This document shows positions 19,858 to 28,805 of a stretch of DNA of 63,009 bases, piece after piece; the first letter of the stretch is position 1, and the number at the start of each line of letters is the position of its first letter. This DNA is from Vicinamibacteria bacterium (GTDB taxonomy: Bacteria > Acidobacteriota > Vicinamibacteria > Fen-336), in contig DATECU010000322.1 of the NCBI GenBank assembly GCA_035286745.1, forward strand, positions 1-63,009, read 5' to 3'. The notes under the pieces are model-generated. The model did no database searches. It had not been told where the DNA came from and saw nothing but the letters and a program-made list of their open reading frames with translations. The translations under genes were made by a program, and so were the position numbers.

Positions 19858-21063
19858 CTAGAAGGTCACCACCGCGCCCAGGACCAGCAAGGCCTGGTTG
19901 TTCTTGAAGACTCGGTTCTTCTCGGCGTCCTGGCTCCGGCTCTCGAAGACCTCCCGGTCCGAGTGGTCGTAGCGGCCTTCCAGCCTCAAGATCAGGCGGT
20001 CGGCGGGGCGCAGCTCCAGGGTGGCGGTTCCCTCGGTCAGCCGCTGGGCGTGGCCGGAGATGCCTGCGTCCGGGTCGTCGAAGACCTCGCCGCGCAGCAC
20101 CAGCGCCCAGCGGGTCTTTGGGGGAGCATAACGCATATAGCCCGCCACTCCCTTCCAGCTCGCGGCGTCCGCTTCGGCCCGCCCCTCGCGCGCGGCATCC
20201 ACGCAGGCCCCCAGGCTCAGAGAGTCGCTGGCCTTGAAGCTGAGAACCAGGTCGCCGTAGGCGCGCCACTGCTCGTCGTTCCCCGGCTGCTCGCGGCCTA
20301 CGAGCGTGTTCAAGGACACCGACCAGCGCTTGCTGTTCCAGGCGATCTGGGTTCCCAGCGTCTTGCTGTGGTTGGTCTCCCCGATGGTCTGCCAGCCGTT
20401 CAGCAGGTGGAGCTGGGCCGACCAGTGGTCGTCGAACGAGTAGCTGGCCTTGACCCCCGCGCTGTAGAAGGGCGAGAACTCGGTGAGCCAGGAGCGCGTG
20501 TAGGTCCAGTTGTCCTTGTTCGCCGCGGCCTCGAAGCCCACGTGACAAGGGAAGACGCCCGCTTCCAGCAACAGGCCGCGGCCCCAGCCCGTCTGGTAGG
20601 ACAGAGAGGCCTGTTGGACGTGCCGCCAGACGTCCGGACCGATGCCGTCTCCGGCGGGCTCGACGGCGTGGATCAACTGGGCTCCGGTACCCGCCGAGAG
20701 GATGAGACGCGCCCCCACAGGCGCCGGCTCGACGGCCAGGTCGAGGCTCACCAGATTGAGGCTGAACTCGTCATGCCGTTTGGCGGAGCTGCCCAGACCA
20801 GGGACGAAGCTGGCGCCGCCCGGGGGCCGATTGAAATTGTACGCGTAGTAGGTGTCGATCATGCCCTGGAGCTTGAGCCGGCCCTCCGCCTTGGCCGGCG
20901 CGTCGGCGGAGGCCTCAGGAGCAGAGCCCACGGCGACCGCCGTGCCGGAGTCACCGGTAGGCGAGGGAAGGCCGTCCTGGGGCGAGGCCGCGGCCAACGA
21001 AGTCAGAGCCAGCACGGCTCCGGCCATCAGGGTGGTTCGAGCGGGGGGCGACGAGCCGCGCAT
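19858..21063 (-). CDS. outer-membrane beta-barrel porin (OmpL/BBP2-like)
   Basis: 401 aa. Signal peptide, alternating amphipathic beta pattern, GMIDTYYAYNFNRP near the N-terminus and a C-terminal aromatic residue (..AVVTF). Confidence 0.65.
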   Translation of the reverse strand: MRGSSPPARTTLMAGAVLALTSLAAASPQDGLPSPTGDSGTAVAVGSAPEASADAPAKAEGRLKLQGMIDTYYAYNFNRPPGGASFVPGLGSSAKRHDEFSLNLVSLDLAVEPAPVGARLILSAGTGAQLIHAVEPAGDGIGPDVWRHVQQASLSYQTGWGRGLLLEAGVFPCHVGFEAAANKDNWTYTRSWLTEFSPFYSAGVKASYSFDDHWSAQLHLLNGWQTIGETNHSKTLGTQIAWNSKRWSVSLNTLVGREQPGNDEQWRAYGDLVLSFKASDSLSLGACVDAAREGRAEADAASWKGVAGYMRYAPPKTRWALVLRGEVFDDPDAGISGHAQRLTEGTATLELRPADRLILRLEGRYDHSDREVFESRSQDAEKNRVFKNNQALLVLGAVVTF

Positions 21064-21104
21064 GAGACCTCCTTCCTTGCTTGTGAGCGTCCTAGAGTCG
21101 CGGC

Positions 21105-21133
21105 AGGCTATTCCCGACCGTACGCGAGGTCAA
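21105..21133 (-). promoter_or_regulatory. putative sigma70-type promoter of the porin gene (TTGACC-N17-TAGCCT)
   Basis: The minus strand reads cTTGACCtcgcgtacggtcgggaaTAGCCT, with the -10 hexamer ending about 41 nt upstream of the ATG at 21063. A GGAGG Shine-Dalgarno lies 5 nt before the ATG. Confidence 0.3.
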
Positions 21134-21191
21134 GTGTGACCGATCCCTATGACGTTGTTGGCGACCGCGCACCGCACCGTCGTCGGCGGAC

Positions 21192-23909
21192 TCAGAGGAC
21201 CCGCGCCAGGAGCAAGGTGAGGTCGTCTTCCTGTTCGACGCCACTCCAGATCCGGACTCCATCCACCACTCGCTCCAGGATCTCCTGGATCGGGCGTTCA
21301 CGGTAGGTGCGCACCGTCTCCAGCAGCCTCTGCTCCCCGAACTCCTGGCCGTCGTCGCTCATGGCCTCGGTGATGCCGTCCGAGTAGAGGACCAGGAGAT
21401 CGCCCGACCGAAGCTGGGTCTCCTCGACCCGGCAGTCCCATTCGTCGACGAGGCCCACCGCGGCCGCCGTCACCTCCAGGGTCTCGACCTCGCCTGCCGC
21501 CCGCAACACAAGGGGCGGGTTGTGGCCGCAGTTGCCGTAGCGCAAGCAGCGGCTTTCGTCGTCGAAGTCCCCCAGGAAGAGGGTGGCGTAGTGCCGCGGC
21601 GCCGTTGAATCGAAGAACAACCGGTTGACCGCCTTGAGCAGACGCTGCAGGTCTCCGGCCGACGCCGCGTACTGGCTCCTCAGGTTGGCCTGCAAGTTGG
21701 CCATCAGCAGGGCCGCCGAGATGCCCTTGCCCGACACGTCGGCCAGCACCAGACCCAGGCGGCCGGGCTGGCCGTCCAGGTAGTCGAAGTAGTCCCCGCC
21801 TACCGCTCGAGCTTGCAGGCAATGGCCTGCGTACTCGAGGTTCCGCAAGGTCGGATGCCGCTGGGGCAGCAACTGGCTCTGGACCTGGCGGGCGATTTCG
21901 ATCTCGTGGTCGGAGCGCCGCTCCGCCTCCATGCGAGCGGCCATGGTCTCCGCCAGCAGGAAGTTGTCGAGGGCCAGGCCCGCCTGAAGCGCAACCGCAG
22001 CCAACAGGCGCTTGTCTTCCCCCGAATAGGACTCCTCCGAGCGGCGCGGTCCCAGCACCACCAAACCCGTCAGCCGATCGGCGCGGTCGAGCAGCGGCAC
22101 CAGGCATTCGGGACAAAGCCCCTCCATGCCTAGCGTCCGAAGTCCTTCGCTTTCGGGTCCGGGGGTTCGGGGGGCGGGAGGGCCCCGGTGCACAGCGGCG
22201 ACCGAATTCACTTCGGGCGCCGCGCAAAAGCCCGCCCAAGGCTGTTCTTCGCTCTCGGGTGCGACCTCCACCGGCCGCCCGGCCGCCGCCAGGTCGCGCA
22301 GCGCCGGCGATTTTGCGTCCAGGCTCCACAGTTCTTCGGGGGCCTGGCCCGCCGCCAGCTCCAGCCGCCCGCCCGCGGTTGCCAGGTAGACCGCCAGGTG
22401 GCGCGGGTGGAGAGCCTCCTGGAGATGCTTCTCGAGCAAGGCAGCCAGGGCCTGCCGGTCGTCGGCGGAGCGCGCGCTCCGGGCCAGGTCCTCCAGCATC
22501 TGCCGCGCGTCGTAGGCGCTCCTGAAGAAGGCGCGGTCCAGGCGGCGGATTCCCCGCCGCTCCAGCTCCGCCCCCACCGAGGTCAGCAGCACGCCCAAGC
22601 CCACACCTAGCGCTATGCCGACAGGAAGCGTGGCCTCGGCCTGGGGCTCGGCGAATCGGGAGAAGGCCCGGGCGAAGGCGAGGGTGGCGCCCAGGCCCAA
22701 GAGAAAGGTGAGGGCGACGAAGCCGTGTTGCACCAGGACGTAGCGGGCCCCGCGCCGGAGCAACACCGGCACCTCGAGCACCCGGTGCTTGAGCAGGGCG
22801 TAGGCAAATGAGAGGGGCATCAGGAAAAGCGCGATCACGCTGGAAACCCACACCCAGAACGGGAACTCGCCCAGCTCCCGATGCTGATAGCCGGAGAGGG
22901 CGGTGAGCACGAAGGCGGGCGTGATGCCGACGGCGGTCCCCCACACCACCACCCGCGTTTTGCGCCGCACCTCCGGGGATCCGCGACGGGCGTGGATGAA
23001 GAGCGAGGTGAGCCCCAACCCCAATCCCGCCAGCGAGTAGGCGAAGGCGACCGGAGACGCCATCGGCTCCAACCGGTCGGCGACCCAGAGCAGCGGGTAG
23101 GAGCCGCCCGCGATGAGCACGCAGAGAGCCAGTGGGGCGGCGATGACGACCGGTGGAAGCAGGAGCCACCACTTGAGCCATGGCCACCGCCTGTCGAGTG
23201 GCAACGGCGCGGGGAAGACCGCGAAGAACGCGTAGAAGAGAGCCGGCGAAAGGCCGCCCAGGAGCGCCTTGTAGGCCAGCGCGAAGCCGCGCAGAGCGGG
23301 TTCGAGGCCGGCTTCGAAGGGCAGCAGGGGGGCGCCGGCGATGAGGCTGCCGAAGAGCAGCGCCAGGAGCCAGGTCCTCCGGTCCGTGCTGCGCAGGTAC
23401 AGCAGCACCGCCACCAGGATGGCGAAGGGCACCGGGAAGTGGTTGATGGTGCGGATGGCGACCAGCCGGGCCAGTGTCAGCGGGGGAGCGTCCCCTGGCC
23501 GGAGCGGCGCCAACACCGCCCGGGCGGTGAAGGGAGGCTGACCGTGCCGAGTCACCCCTAGCTCTACAGAATCCCCGGGCTGGCCCCGCGTCACCGCTTC
23601 CAGGTAGGGACCTAACAGAGGACGCCCGGCGACGGTTCGAATCCGGTCCCCGGTCTGGAGGCCGGCCTGTTCCGCGGGCGAACCCGCGCGCACCCCGATG
23701 ATGGCCAGACTGCGGTCGCGAGGCTGGTAGTCGAAGGCGATTCCCAGCTCGGCCCGCGACCGAAAGCGGACGTCGCGCATCCAGACCACGCTGTAGGTCG
23801 CGGTGGCGAGGGCGTAGAGGACGGCGAGCGCCGCAAACAGCCGGCGCGGGGCGAGGGGCTCGGTGCTCATGGCTTCGGATCCAGCGAAGGCTACGCGCCC
23901 CCTCCCCAA
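21192..23909 (-). CDS. PDZ / multi-TM / GAF / PP2C-type (SpoIIE) serine phosphatase
   Basis: 905 aa. PDZ-like GVRAGSPAEQAGLQTGDRI, about 10 TM helices and a GAF-like region. C-terminal SpoIIE domain with GGDYFDY, DVSGKGISAALLMANL and YSDGITEA. Confidence 0.85.
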   Translation of the reverse strand: MGRGRVAFAGSEAMSTEPLAPRRLFAALAVLYALATATYSVVWMRDVRFRSRAELGIAFDYQPRDRSLAIIGVRAGSPAEQAGLQTGDRIRTVAGRPLLGPYLEAVTRGQPGDSVELGVTRHGQPPFTARAVLAPLRPGDAPPLTLARLVAIRTINHFPVPFAILVAVLLYLRSTDRRTWLLALLFGSLIAGAPLLPFEAGLEPALRGFALAYKALLGGLSPALFYAFFAVFPAPLPLDRRWPWLKWWLLLPPVVIAAPLALCVLIAGGSYPLLWVADRLEPMASPVAFAYSLAGLGLGLTSLFIHARRGSPEVRRKTRVVVWGTAVGITPAFVLTALSGYQHRELGEFPFWVWVSSVIALFLMPLSFAYALLKHRVLEVPVLLRRGARYVLVQHGFVALTFLLGLGATLAFARAFSRFAEPQAEATLPVGIALGVGLGVLLTSVGAELERRGIRRLDRAFFRSAYDARQMLEDLARSARSADDRQALAALLEKHLQEALHPRHLAVYLATAGGRLELAAGQAPEELWSLDAKSPALRDLAAAGRPVEVAPESEEQPWAGFCAAPEVNSVAAVHRGPPAPRTPGPESEGLRTLGMEGLCPECLVPLLDRADRLTGLVVLGPRRSEESYSGEDKRLLAAVALQAGLALDNFLLAETMAARMEAERRSDHEIEIARQVQSQLLPQRHPTLRNLEYAGHCLQARAVGGDYFDYLDGQPGRLGLVLADVSGKGISAALLMANLQANLRSQYAASAGDLQRLLKAVNRLFFDSTAPRHYATLFLGDFDDESRCLRYGNCGHNPPLVLRAAGEVETLEVTAAAVGLVDEWDCRVEETQLRSGDLLVLYSDGITEAMSDDGQEFGEQRLLETVRTYRERPIQEILERVVDGVRIWSGVEQEDDLTLLLARVL

Positions 23910-23938
23910 GGGGTCAAGTTTGCGCCAGAGCCAGAGGC

Positions 23939-23967
23939 TCGACCTGCCGGCGGGGAGTCGGTATCAT
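23939..23967 (+). promoter_or_regulatory. putative uvrA promoter (TCGACC-N17-TATCAT)
   Basis: Hexamers lie at 23939-23944 and 23962-23967, 44 nt upstream of the uvrA ATG. No obvious LexA-type palindrome was seen. Confidence 0.25.
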
Positions 23968-24011
23968 GAGAGGTTCGGCCTCGGGGGCGGCCGGCGAGGG
24001 CAAACAAGCGC

Positions 24012-26861
24012 ATGGAACTGGACCGCGTCATCATCACTGGGGCACGCCAGCACAACCTCAAGAACGTCACCGTCGAGATCCCCAAGAAGAAGCTGGTGAT
24101 CCTGACCGGAGTCTCCGGCTCCGGGAAGTCGAGCCTGGCCTTCGACACCCTCTACGCCGAGGGACAGCGCCGGTATATCGAGAGCCTCTCCGCCTACGCA
24201 CGCCAGTTCCTGGGGCAGATGGACAAGCCGCTCTACGACTCCATCCGCGGCCTGGCCCCCACCATCTCGATCGAGCAGAAGGCCGCCTCCTCCAACCCGC
24301 GCTCGACGGTAGGCACCATCACCGAGATCCACGACTACCTGCGCGTGCTGTGGGCCCGGGTGGGGCGCCTCACCTGCCATCAGTGCGGCCGGGCAGTCTC
24401 CCAGCAGTCCTCCCAGCAGATCGTGAACGAGATCGCCGAGCTGGCGGAGGGGACCAAGTTCCTGCTGCTGGCGCCGCTGGTCAAGGAGCGCAAGGGCGAA
24501 CACAAGGACGTCCTGGAGCAGGTGCGCAAGGCGGGCTTCACTCGAGTCCGCGTCAACGGGATCGTGCTGTCCCTGGAAGACGAGATCCGCCTCGACAAGA
24601 AGAAGAAGCACACGCTGGACGCGGTGGTGGACCGACTGATCGCCAAGCCGGGCCTCAAGCAGCGCCTTCACGACTCGGTGGAGACCGCCCTGCGCTATGG
24701 CGGTGGCATCGTGGTGGTGGCCCCCGAGGGCCAGCCCGAAAAGGTGATGTCGCAGCACCGCGCTTGCCACCACTGCGGCATCTCCTTCCCTGAGCTCACG
24801 CCCCAGCTCTTCTCCTTCAACTCCCCGCTCGGTATGTGCCCCGAGTGCTCGGGCCTGGGCACCCGCATGGAGATGGACCCCGAGCTGGTGATCCCTAACC
24901 CCAACCTCACCATCAACGAGGGCGCCGTCAAGCCGCTAGGCGCAGTCGGTGAGGGCACCGGCTGGGGCACCGACATCGTGCGCGGCGTGGCCCGGGAGCA
25001 CGGGATCGACCTCAACAAGCCCTGGAAACAGCTCCCGGCTGCGCAGCGCAGGATCATCCTTTACGGCACCGGAGAGGACCGGGTCAGGATCGAGATGAAG
25101 GGCTCCTGGGGCACCGGCGCCTTCAAGATGCGCTACGAGGGCGCCATCAACTCGATGATGCGCCGGATGCGGGAGACCCACTCCGAGGACATGCGGCAGT
25201 ACTATCAGAAGTTCCTGTCCAACCGGCCCTGCTCCGCCTGCGCCGGCAAACGCATTCGCGCCGAGGCGCTCGGCGTCAAGGTCGGCGGCAAGAGCATCGC
25301 CGAGGCCACTGCCCTCTCCGTCGACAGTGCCCTCGCCTACTTCGAGGGCCTGGGGCTCAAGGGCAACGAGGCCACCATCGCTGGCGAGCTCTTGAAGGAG
25401 ATCCGCTCCCGCCTGCGCTTCCTGCGCGACGTGGGCCTGGGCTACCTGACCATCGACCGCCCGGCCCCCTCGCTCTCGGGCGGCGAGGGACAACGGATTC
25501 GCTTGGCGAGCCAGATCGGCAGCGAGCTGACCGGCGTCATCTACGTCCTCGACGAGCCCTCGATCGGCCTCCACCAGCGCGACAACAAGAAGCTCTTGGC
25601 CGCGCTCAAGCACCTGCGCGACATCGGCAACAGCGTGGTGGTGGTGGAGCACGACCGGGAGGCCATGGAGGAGTCGGACTGGATCATCGACTTCGGCCCT
25701 GGCGCCGGCCGTCACGGCGGCGAGGTGGTGGCTTTCGGGCCGCCGGCCGAGGTCATGAAGGCGAAGGAGAGCCTGACCGGGCGCTACCTCCGCGGCGATC
25801 TCGCCATCGAGATCCCCCCAGAGCGGCGGCGGGGCGACGGTCGCCAGATCACCCTGGCGGGGGCTCGCGAGAACAACCTCCAGAGCGTGAGCGTCGATTT
25901 CCCGTTAGGCCTCTTCATCTGCGTCACCGGGGTCTCCGGGGCGGGCAAGAGCACCCTGGTCAACCAGATCCTCTATCCGGCGGTGGCGCGGGCGCTTCAC
26001 GGCAGCGATCTGCCCATCGGCGCCCACGACAAGGTGCTGGGGCTTCAGGAGATCGACAAGGTCATCGACATCGACCAGAGCCCCATCGGCCGCACTCCCC
26101 GTTCCAACCCGGCCACCTACACCAAGGTCTTCGACCTGATCCGGGAGTTCTTCGCCATGCTGCCGGAGGCCCGGATGCACGGCTACACCCCGGGCCGCTT
26201 CTCCTTCAACGTCAAGGGCGGGCGCTGCGAAGCTTGCGAGGGCGACGGCGTCAAACGCGTGGAGATGCACTTCCTGGCCGACGTCTACGTCCCCTGCGAG
26301 GTGTGCCAGGGCAAGCGCTTCAACGAGGCCACCCTGCAGGTCAAGTACAACAACCTGTCGGTGGCTGACGTCCTCGACCTCACCGTCGACGAGGCCCTGG
26401 CCCTCTTCAAGAACCACCCCCAGATCAAGCGGTCCCTGGAGACGCTGGCCGACGTGGGCCTGGGCTACATCGCTCTCGGCCAGTCGTCGCCCACGCTCTC
26501 GGGCGGCGAGGCCCAGCGGGTCAAGCTCTCCCGGGAGCTGTCCAAGCGCTCCACGGGCCGAACCCTCTACATCCTCGACGAGCCCACCACCGGCCTCCAC
26601 TTCGACGACATCAAGAAGCTGCTGCGGGTGCTCGATCGTTTGGTGGACGCCGGCAACACGGTGGTGGTCATCGAGCATAACCTGGACGTGATCAAGACTG
26701 CCGACTGGATCGTCGACATCGGCCCCGAGGGCGGCGACGACGGCGGGCGAGTGGTGGCGGTGGGGACGCCAGAGGAAGTGGCCGCGGTCAAGGAGAGCTA
26801 CACCGGCCGCTTCCTGGCGGACCTGCTGCCGAAGGAGAAACCCCGCCGAGCGGCGCGGTGA
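24012..26861 (+). CDS. uvrA: excinuclease ABC subunit A
   Basis: 949 aa. Two ABC modules (GVSGSGKSSLAFDT and GVSGAGKSTLVN), LSGGE signature motifs and CxxC zinc modules. Confidence 0.98.
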   Translation: MELDRVIITGARQHNLKNVTVEIPKKKLVILTGVSGSGKSSLAFDTLYAEGQRRYIESLSAYARQFLGQMDKPLYDSIRGLAPTISIEQKAASSNPRSTVGTITEIHDYLRVLWARVGRLTCHQCGRAVSQQSSQQIVNEIAELAEGTKFLLLAPLVKERKGEHKDVLEQVRKAGFTRVRVNGIVLSLEDEIRLDKKKKHTLDAVVDRLIAKPGLKQRLHDSVETALRYGGGIVVVAPEGQPEKVMSQHRACHHCGISFPELTPQLFSFNSPLGMCPECSGLGTRMEMDPELVIPNPNLTINEGAVKPLGAVGEGTGWGTDIVRGVAREHGIDLNKPWKQLPAAQRRIILYGTGEDRVRIEMKGSWGTGAFKMRYEGAINSMMRRMRETHSEDMRQYYQKFLSNRPCSACAGKRIRAEALGVKVGGKSIAEATALSVDSALAYFEGLGLKGNEATIAGELLKEIRSRLRFLRDVGLGYLTIDRPAPSLSGGEGQRIRLASQIGSELTGVIYVLDEPSIGLHQRDNKKLLAALKHLRDIGNSVVVVEHDREAMEESDWIIDFGPGAGRHGGEVVAFGPPAEVMKAKESLTGRYLRGDLAIEIPPERRRGDGRQITLAGARENNLQSVSVDFPLGLFICVTGVSGAGKSTLVNQILYPAVARALHGSDLPIGAHDKVLGLQEIDKVIDIDQSPIGRTPRSNPATYTKVFDLIREFFAMLPEARMHGYTPGRFSFNVKGGRCEACEGDGVKRVEMHFLADVYVPCEVCQGKRFNEATLQVKYNNLSVADVLDLTVDEALALFKNHPQIKRSLETLADVGLGYIALGQSSPTLSGGEAQRVKLSRELSKRSTGRTLYILDEPTTGLHFDDIKKLLRVLDRLVDAGNTVVVIEHNLDVIKTADWIVDIGPEGGDDGGRVVAVGTPEEVAAVKESYTGRFLADLLPKEKPRRAAR

Positions 26862-26885
26862 GGTGCGACCCCGCCGGTTCTTGGG

Positions 26886-27497
26886 TCACGGGTCGGCCCG
26901 CGGATCAGCGGGCCGGTTGGCGCCAAGCAGGCGGCAGACCTCGCGGTAGAGCTTGTCGAACGAGGGCGAGTTGGTACGAGCCTGCTCGAGATCGAAGAGG
27001 GCGCCCAAGGCTGGCTGGTCAGCGACCTCGGAGTAGGGTCGCTTCATCACCTTCGCCAGCCAGGCCTTGGCGCCACGAACGCCTTCGGCGTCCGGGGGTG
27101 GATCGACGTCTGGCGGGATTCCCCTTCGGCCTCGAAGGGAGTTCGCAGCGGCGAGATACCAAGCCTCCTTCTCGCGGTTGGCGATGACGACAGCCGAGGG
27201 CACGTCGCGTCGCGCCGCGCTGGCGCGTTGGGTGAGAGACGGACCGAGCCTGCAAGGAAGATCGTCATCGGCGTCGATCACGACCAGAATGGCCCCCGAT
27301 CCTCCCAGGCTCCGGGCAGCACGCTCGACCGCGCGCTCCAACTCGCCCGGCCTCACGATCGCATAACGTTGCACGCGAAAGGGCCCCACCAGCCGAGGCG
27401 CGTGAATCCCCTCGGCCTCGGCGATCCTGCGCACGATGAGAGGGATGCTCGCCACATCCCCCTGTCCCTCGACGATCAAGGCCAGCGAGGGTGTCAC
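26886..27497 (-). CDS. DUF4276-family protein (Toprim-like E...DxD signature)
   Basis: 203 aa. First strand LALIVEGQGDV (conserved Glu), ILVVIDADDD (DxD) and VVIANREKEAWYLA, matching my recollection of the DUF4276 pattern. GTG start overlaps the ATPase stop (GTGA). Confidence 0.6.
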   Translation of the reverse strand: MTPSLALIVEGQGDVASIPLIVRRIAEAEGIHAPRLVGPFRVQRYAIVRPGELERAVERAARSLGGSGAILVVIDADDDLPCRLGPSLTQRASAARRDVPSAVVIANREKEAWYLAAANSLRGRRGIPPDVDPPPDAEGVRGAKAWLAKVMKRPYSEVADQPALGALFDLEQARTNSPSFDKLYREVCRLLGANRPADPRADP

Positions 27498-28687
27498 TCG
27501 ACCTGGTCGCTGAAGAGCCTGAGCTGCTTGAGGTTCTGCTCCACCAGGTCGCGGTCCGGTTCGATGGAGCCTTGTGACAGCAGCTCGCCCGCCGCATAGA
27601 GCCGGTCGCGAAGAACCGACCGGGTGGCGGCATCCACCCGGCCCACCACCGTCGCCCCACCCTCGGCGGTGACCGCGAGGAGATGCTCTTCACGGATGGC
27701 CTTGTGGTTGAGCAGGTCGGGAGAGTGCGTCGTGGCCAGGACCTGGACCCGGTCGCTGGCCACGAGCAGGACCTCGGCCATGACCTCGGCGGCTCCCGGA
27801 TGCAAGGCCATCTCGGGCTCTTCGATCCCGACCAGAGAGACCCGGCGCTGTCCATTCAGCTCGGACTGAAACGCGGCCACCAGAATGCCCAGGGATCTCA
27901 GGGTGCCATCCGACATGTCCGCGGCCAGGAACCGCCAGGGGCTGGGATCGCCAGCCATCTCCTGGCGGAACTCCAGGGTCTCCTTCGGTCCGAGCGTCTT
28001 GTGCCCGACCGACACCACTCCGGGAACCACCGCCCTCAAGTGCTCTGCGATCGTCCGCAGCGGGCGGCCCTCTTCAAGACGCCCCAGCTCGCGAACCACG
28101 GCCGCCAGGTTCCTGCCGTCCCGCGCCAGCATCTGGCCGGGATCGGGCTCTTGCAGGTCCCGGATTCGCTCGGGATTCAGGTTGTAGAAGCTCATCCGCC
28201 GCAGGCTCTCGTACAGAGGTCTGAACTCCGGAAGCCCCGAGATGGCGACCAGAGCCAAACGATCCCGCTCCAACGCAGTCGGCAGGGTTCGCGAGGCCTC
28301 TTCGATGTGGCCCTCCCGGACCACGAAGAACTCGGCACCGACTCTGCACTCCTCCCGTTGGACCACGAAGGCCCCGTCTCGTTCGGCGCCCACCCTGAAG
28401 CTGTAGGAGGCCGAGCGTCCGTCCCCCAGAGCTAGGTCAAGTCGTATGCCAAAGTGCGTGGGATGCCCCCGGGATCGTCGTCGGACGGACTGGATTCCTC
28501 CCCGGTCGCGCAGTGCCTGCTCCAGCGTGGTGTTGAGACCGTCGGCCACGAACCTGAGCGCGTCGAGGAAGTTGCTCTTGCCGGAACCGTTGGGTCCCAC
28601 CAAGAAGGTCAGCGGCCCCAGCTCCACTCGGCACCGAGCTATGCTCTTGTAGTTCGTGATGGAGACGGCACTGAGAAGGGGCGGCAT
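27494..28687 (-). CDS. ABC-type (AAA_15/AAA_21, RecF/OLD-like) ATPase
   Basis: 397 aa. ITNYKSI...LGPLTFLVGPNGSGKSNFLDALRF (Walker A), signature-like MSDGTLRSLGIL, Walker B/D-loop LVGIEEPEMALHP and H-loop ATTHSPDLL. Confidence 0.8.
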   Translation of the reverse strand: MPPLLSAVSITNYKSIARCRVELGPLTFLVGPNGSGKSNFLDALRFVADGLNTTLEQALRDRGGIQSVRRRSRGHPTHFGIRLDLALGDGRSASYSFRVGAERDGAFVVQREECRVGAEFFVVREGHIEEASRTLPTALERDRLALVAISGLPEFRPLYESLRRMSFYNLNPERIRDLQEPDPGQMLARDGRNLAAVVRELGRLEEGRPLRTIAEHLRAVVPGVVSVGHKTLGPKETLEFRQEMAGDPSPWRFLAADMSDGTLRSLGILVAAFQSELNGQRRVSLVGIEEPEMALHPGAAEVMAEVLLVASDRVQVLATTHSPDLLNHKAIREEHLLAVTAEGGATVVGRVDAATRSVLRDRLYAAGELLSQGSIEPDRDLVEQNLKQLRLFSDQVE

Positions 28688-28805
28688 GGACTCCCAGGGT
28701 AGTCCCTGGGCCGGGCCGGTTCAACCGTGCCGTCCTACTGGCCCACTGGAGAGGGGCGACTCGCGGACCAGAACCGCGGCCAGGAGGTCGACACGGGGAG
28801 CCCCC

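Noticed and set aside
26895-26914. Hairpin ggcccgc-ggatca-gcgggcc between convergent uvrA and the DUF4276 gene, as a bidirectional terminator
   Set aside because: It lies inside the 3' end of the DUF4276 coding region and has no flanking T/A tracts. This is too weak to call.
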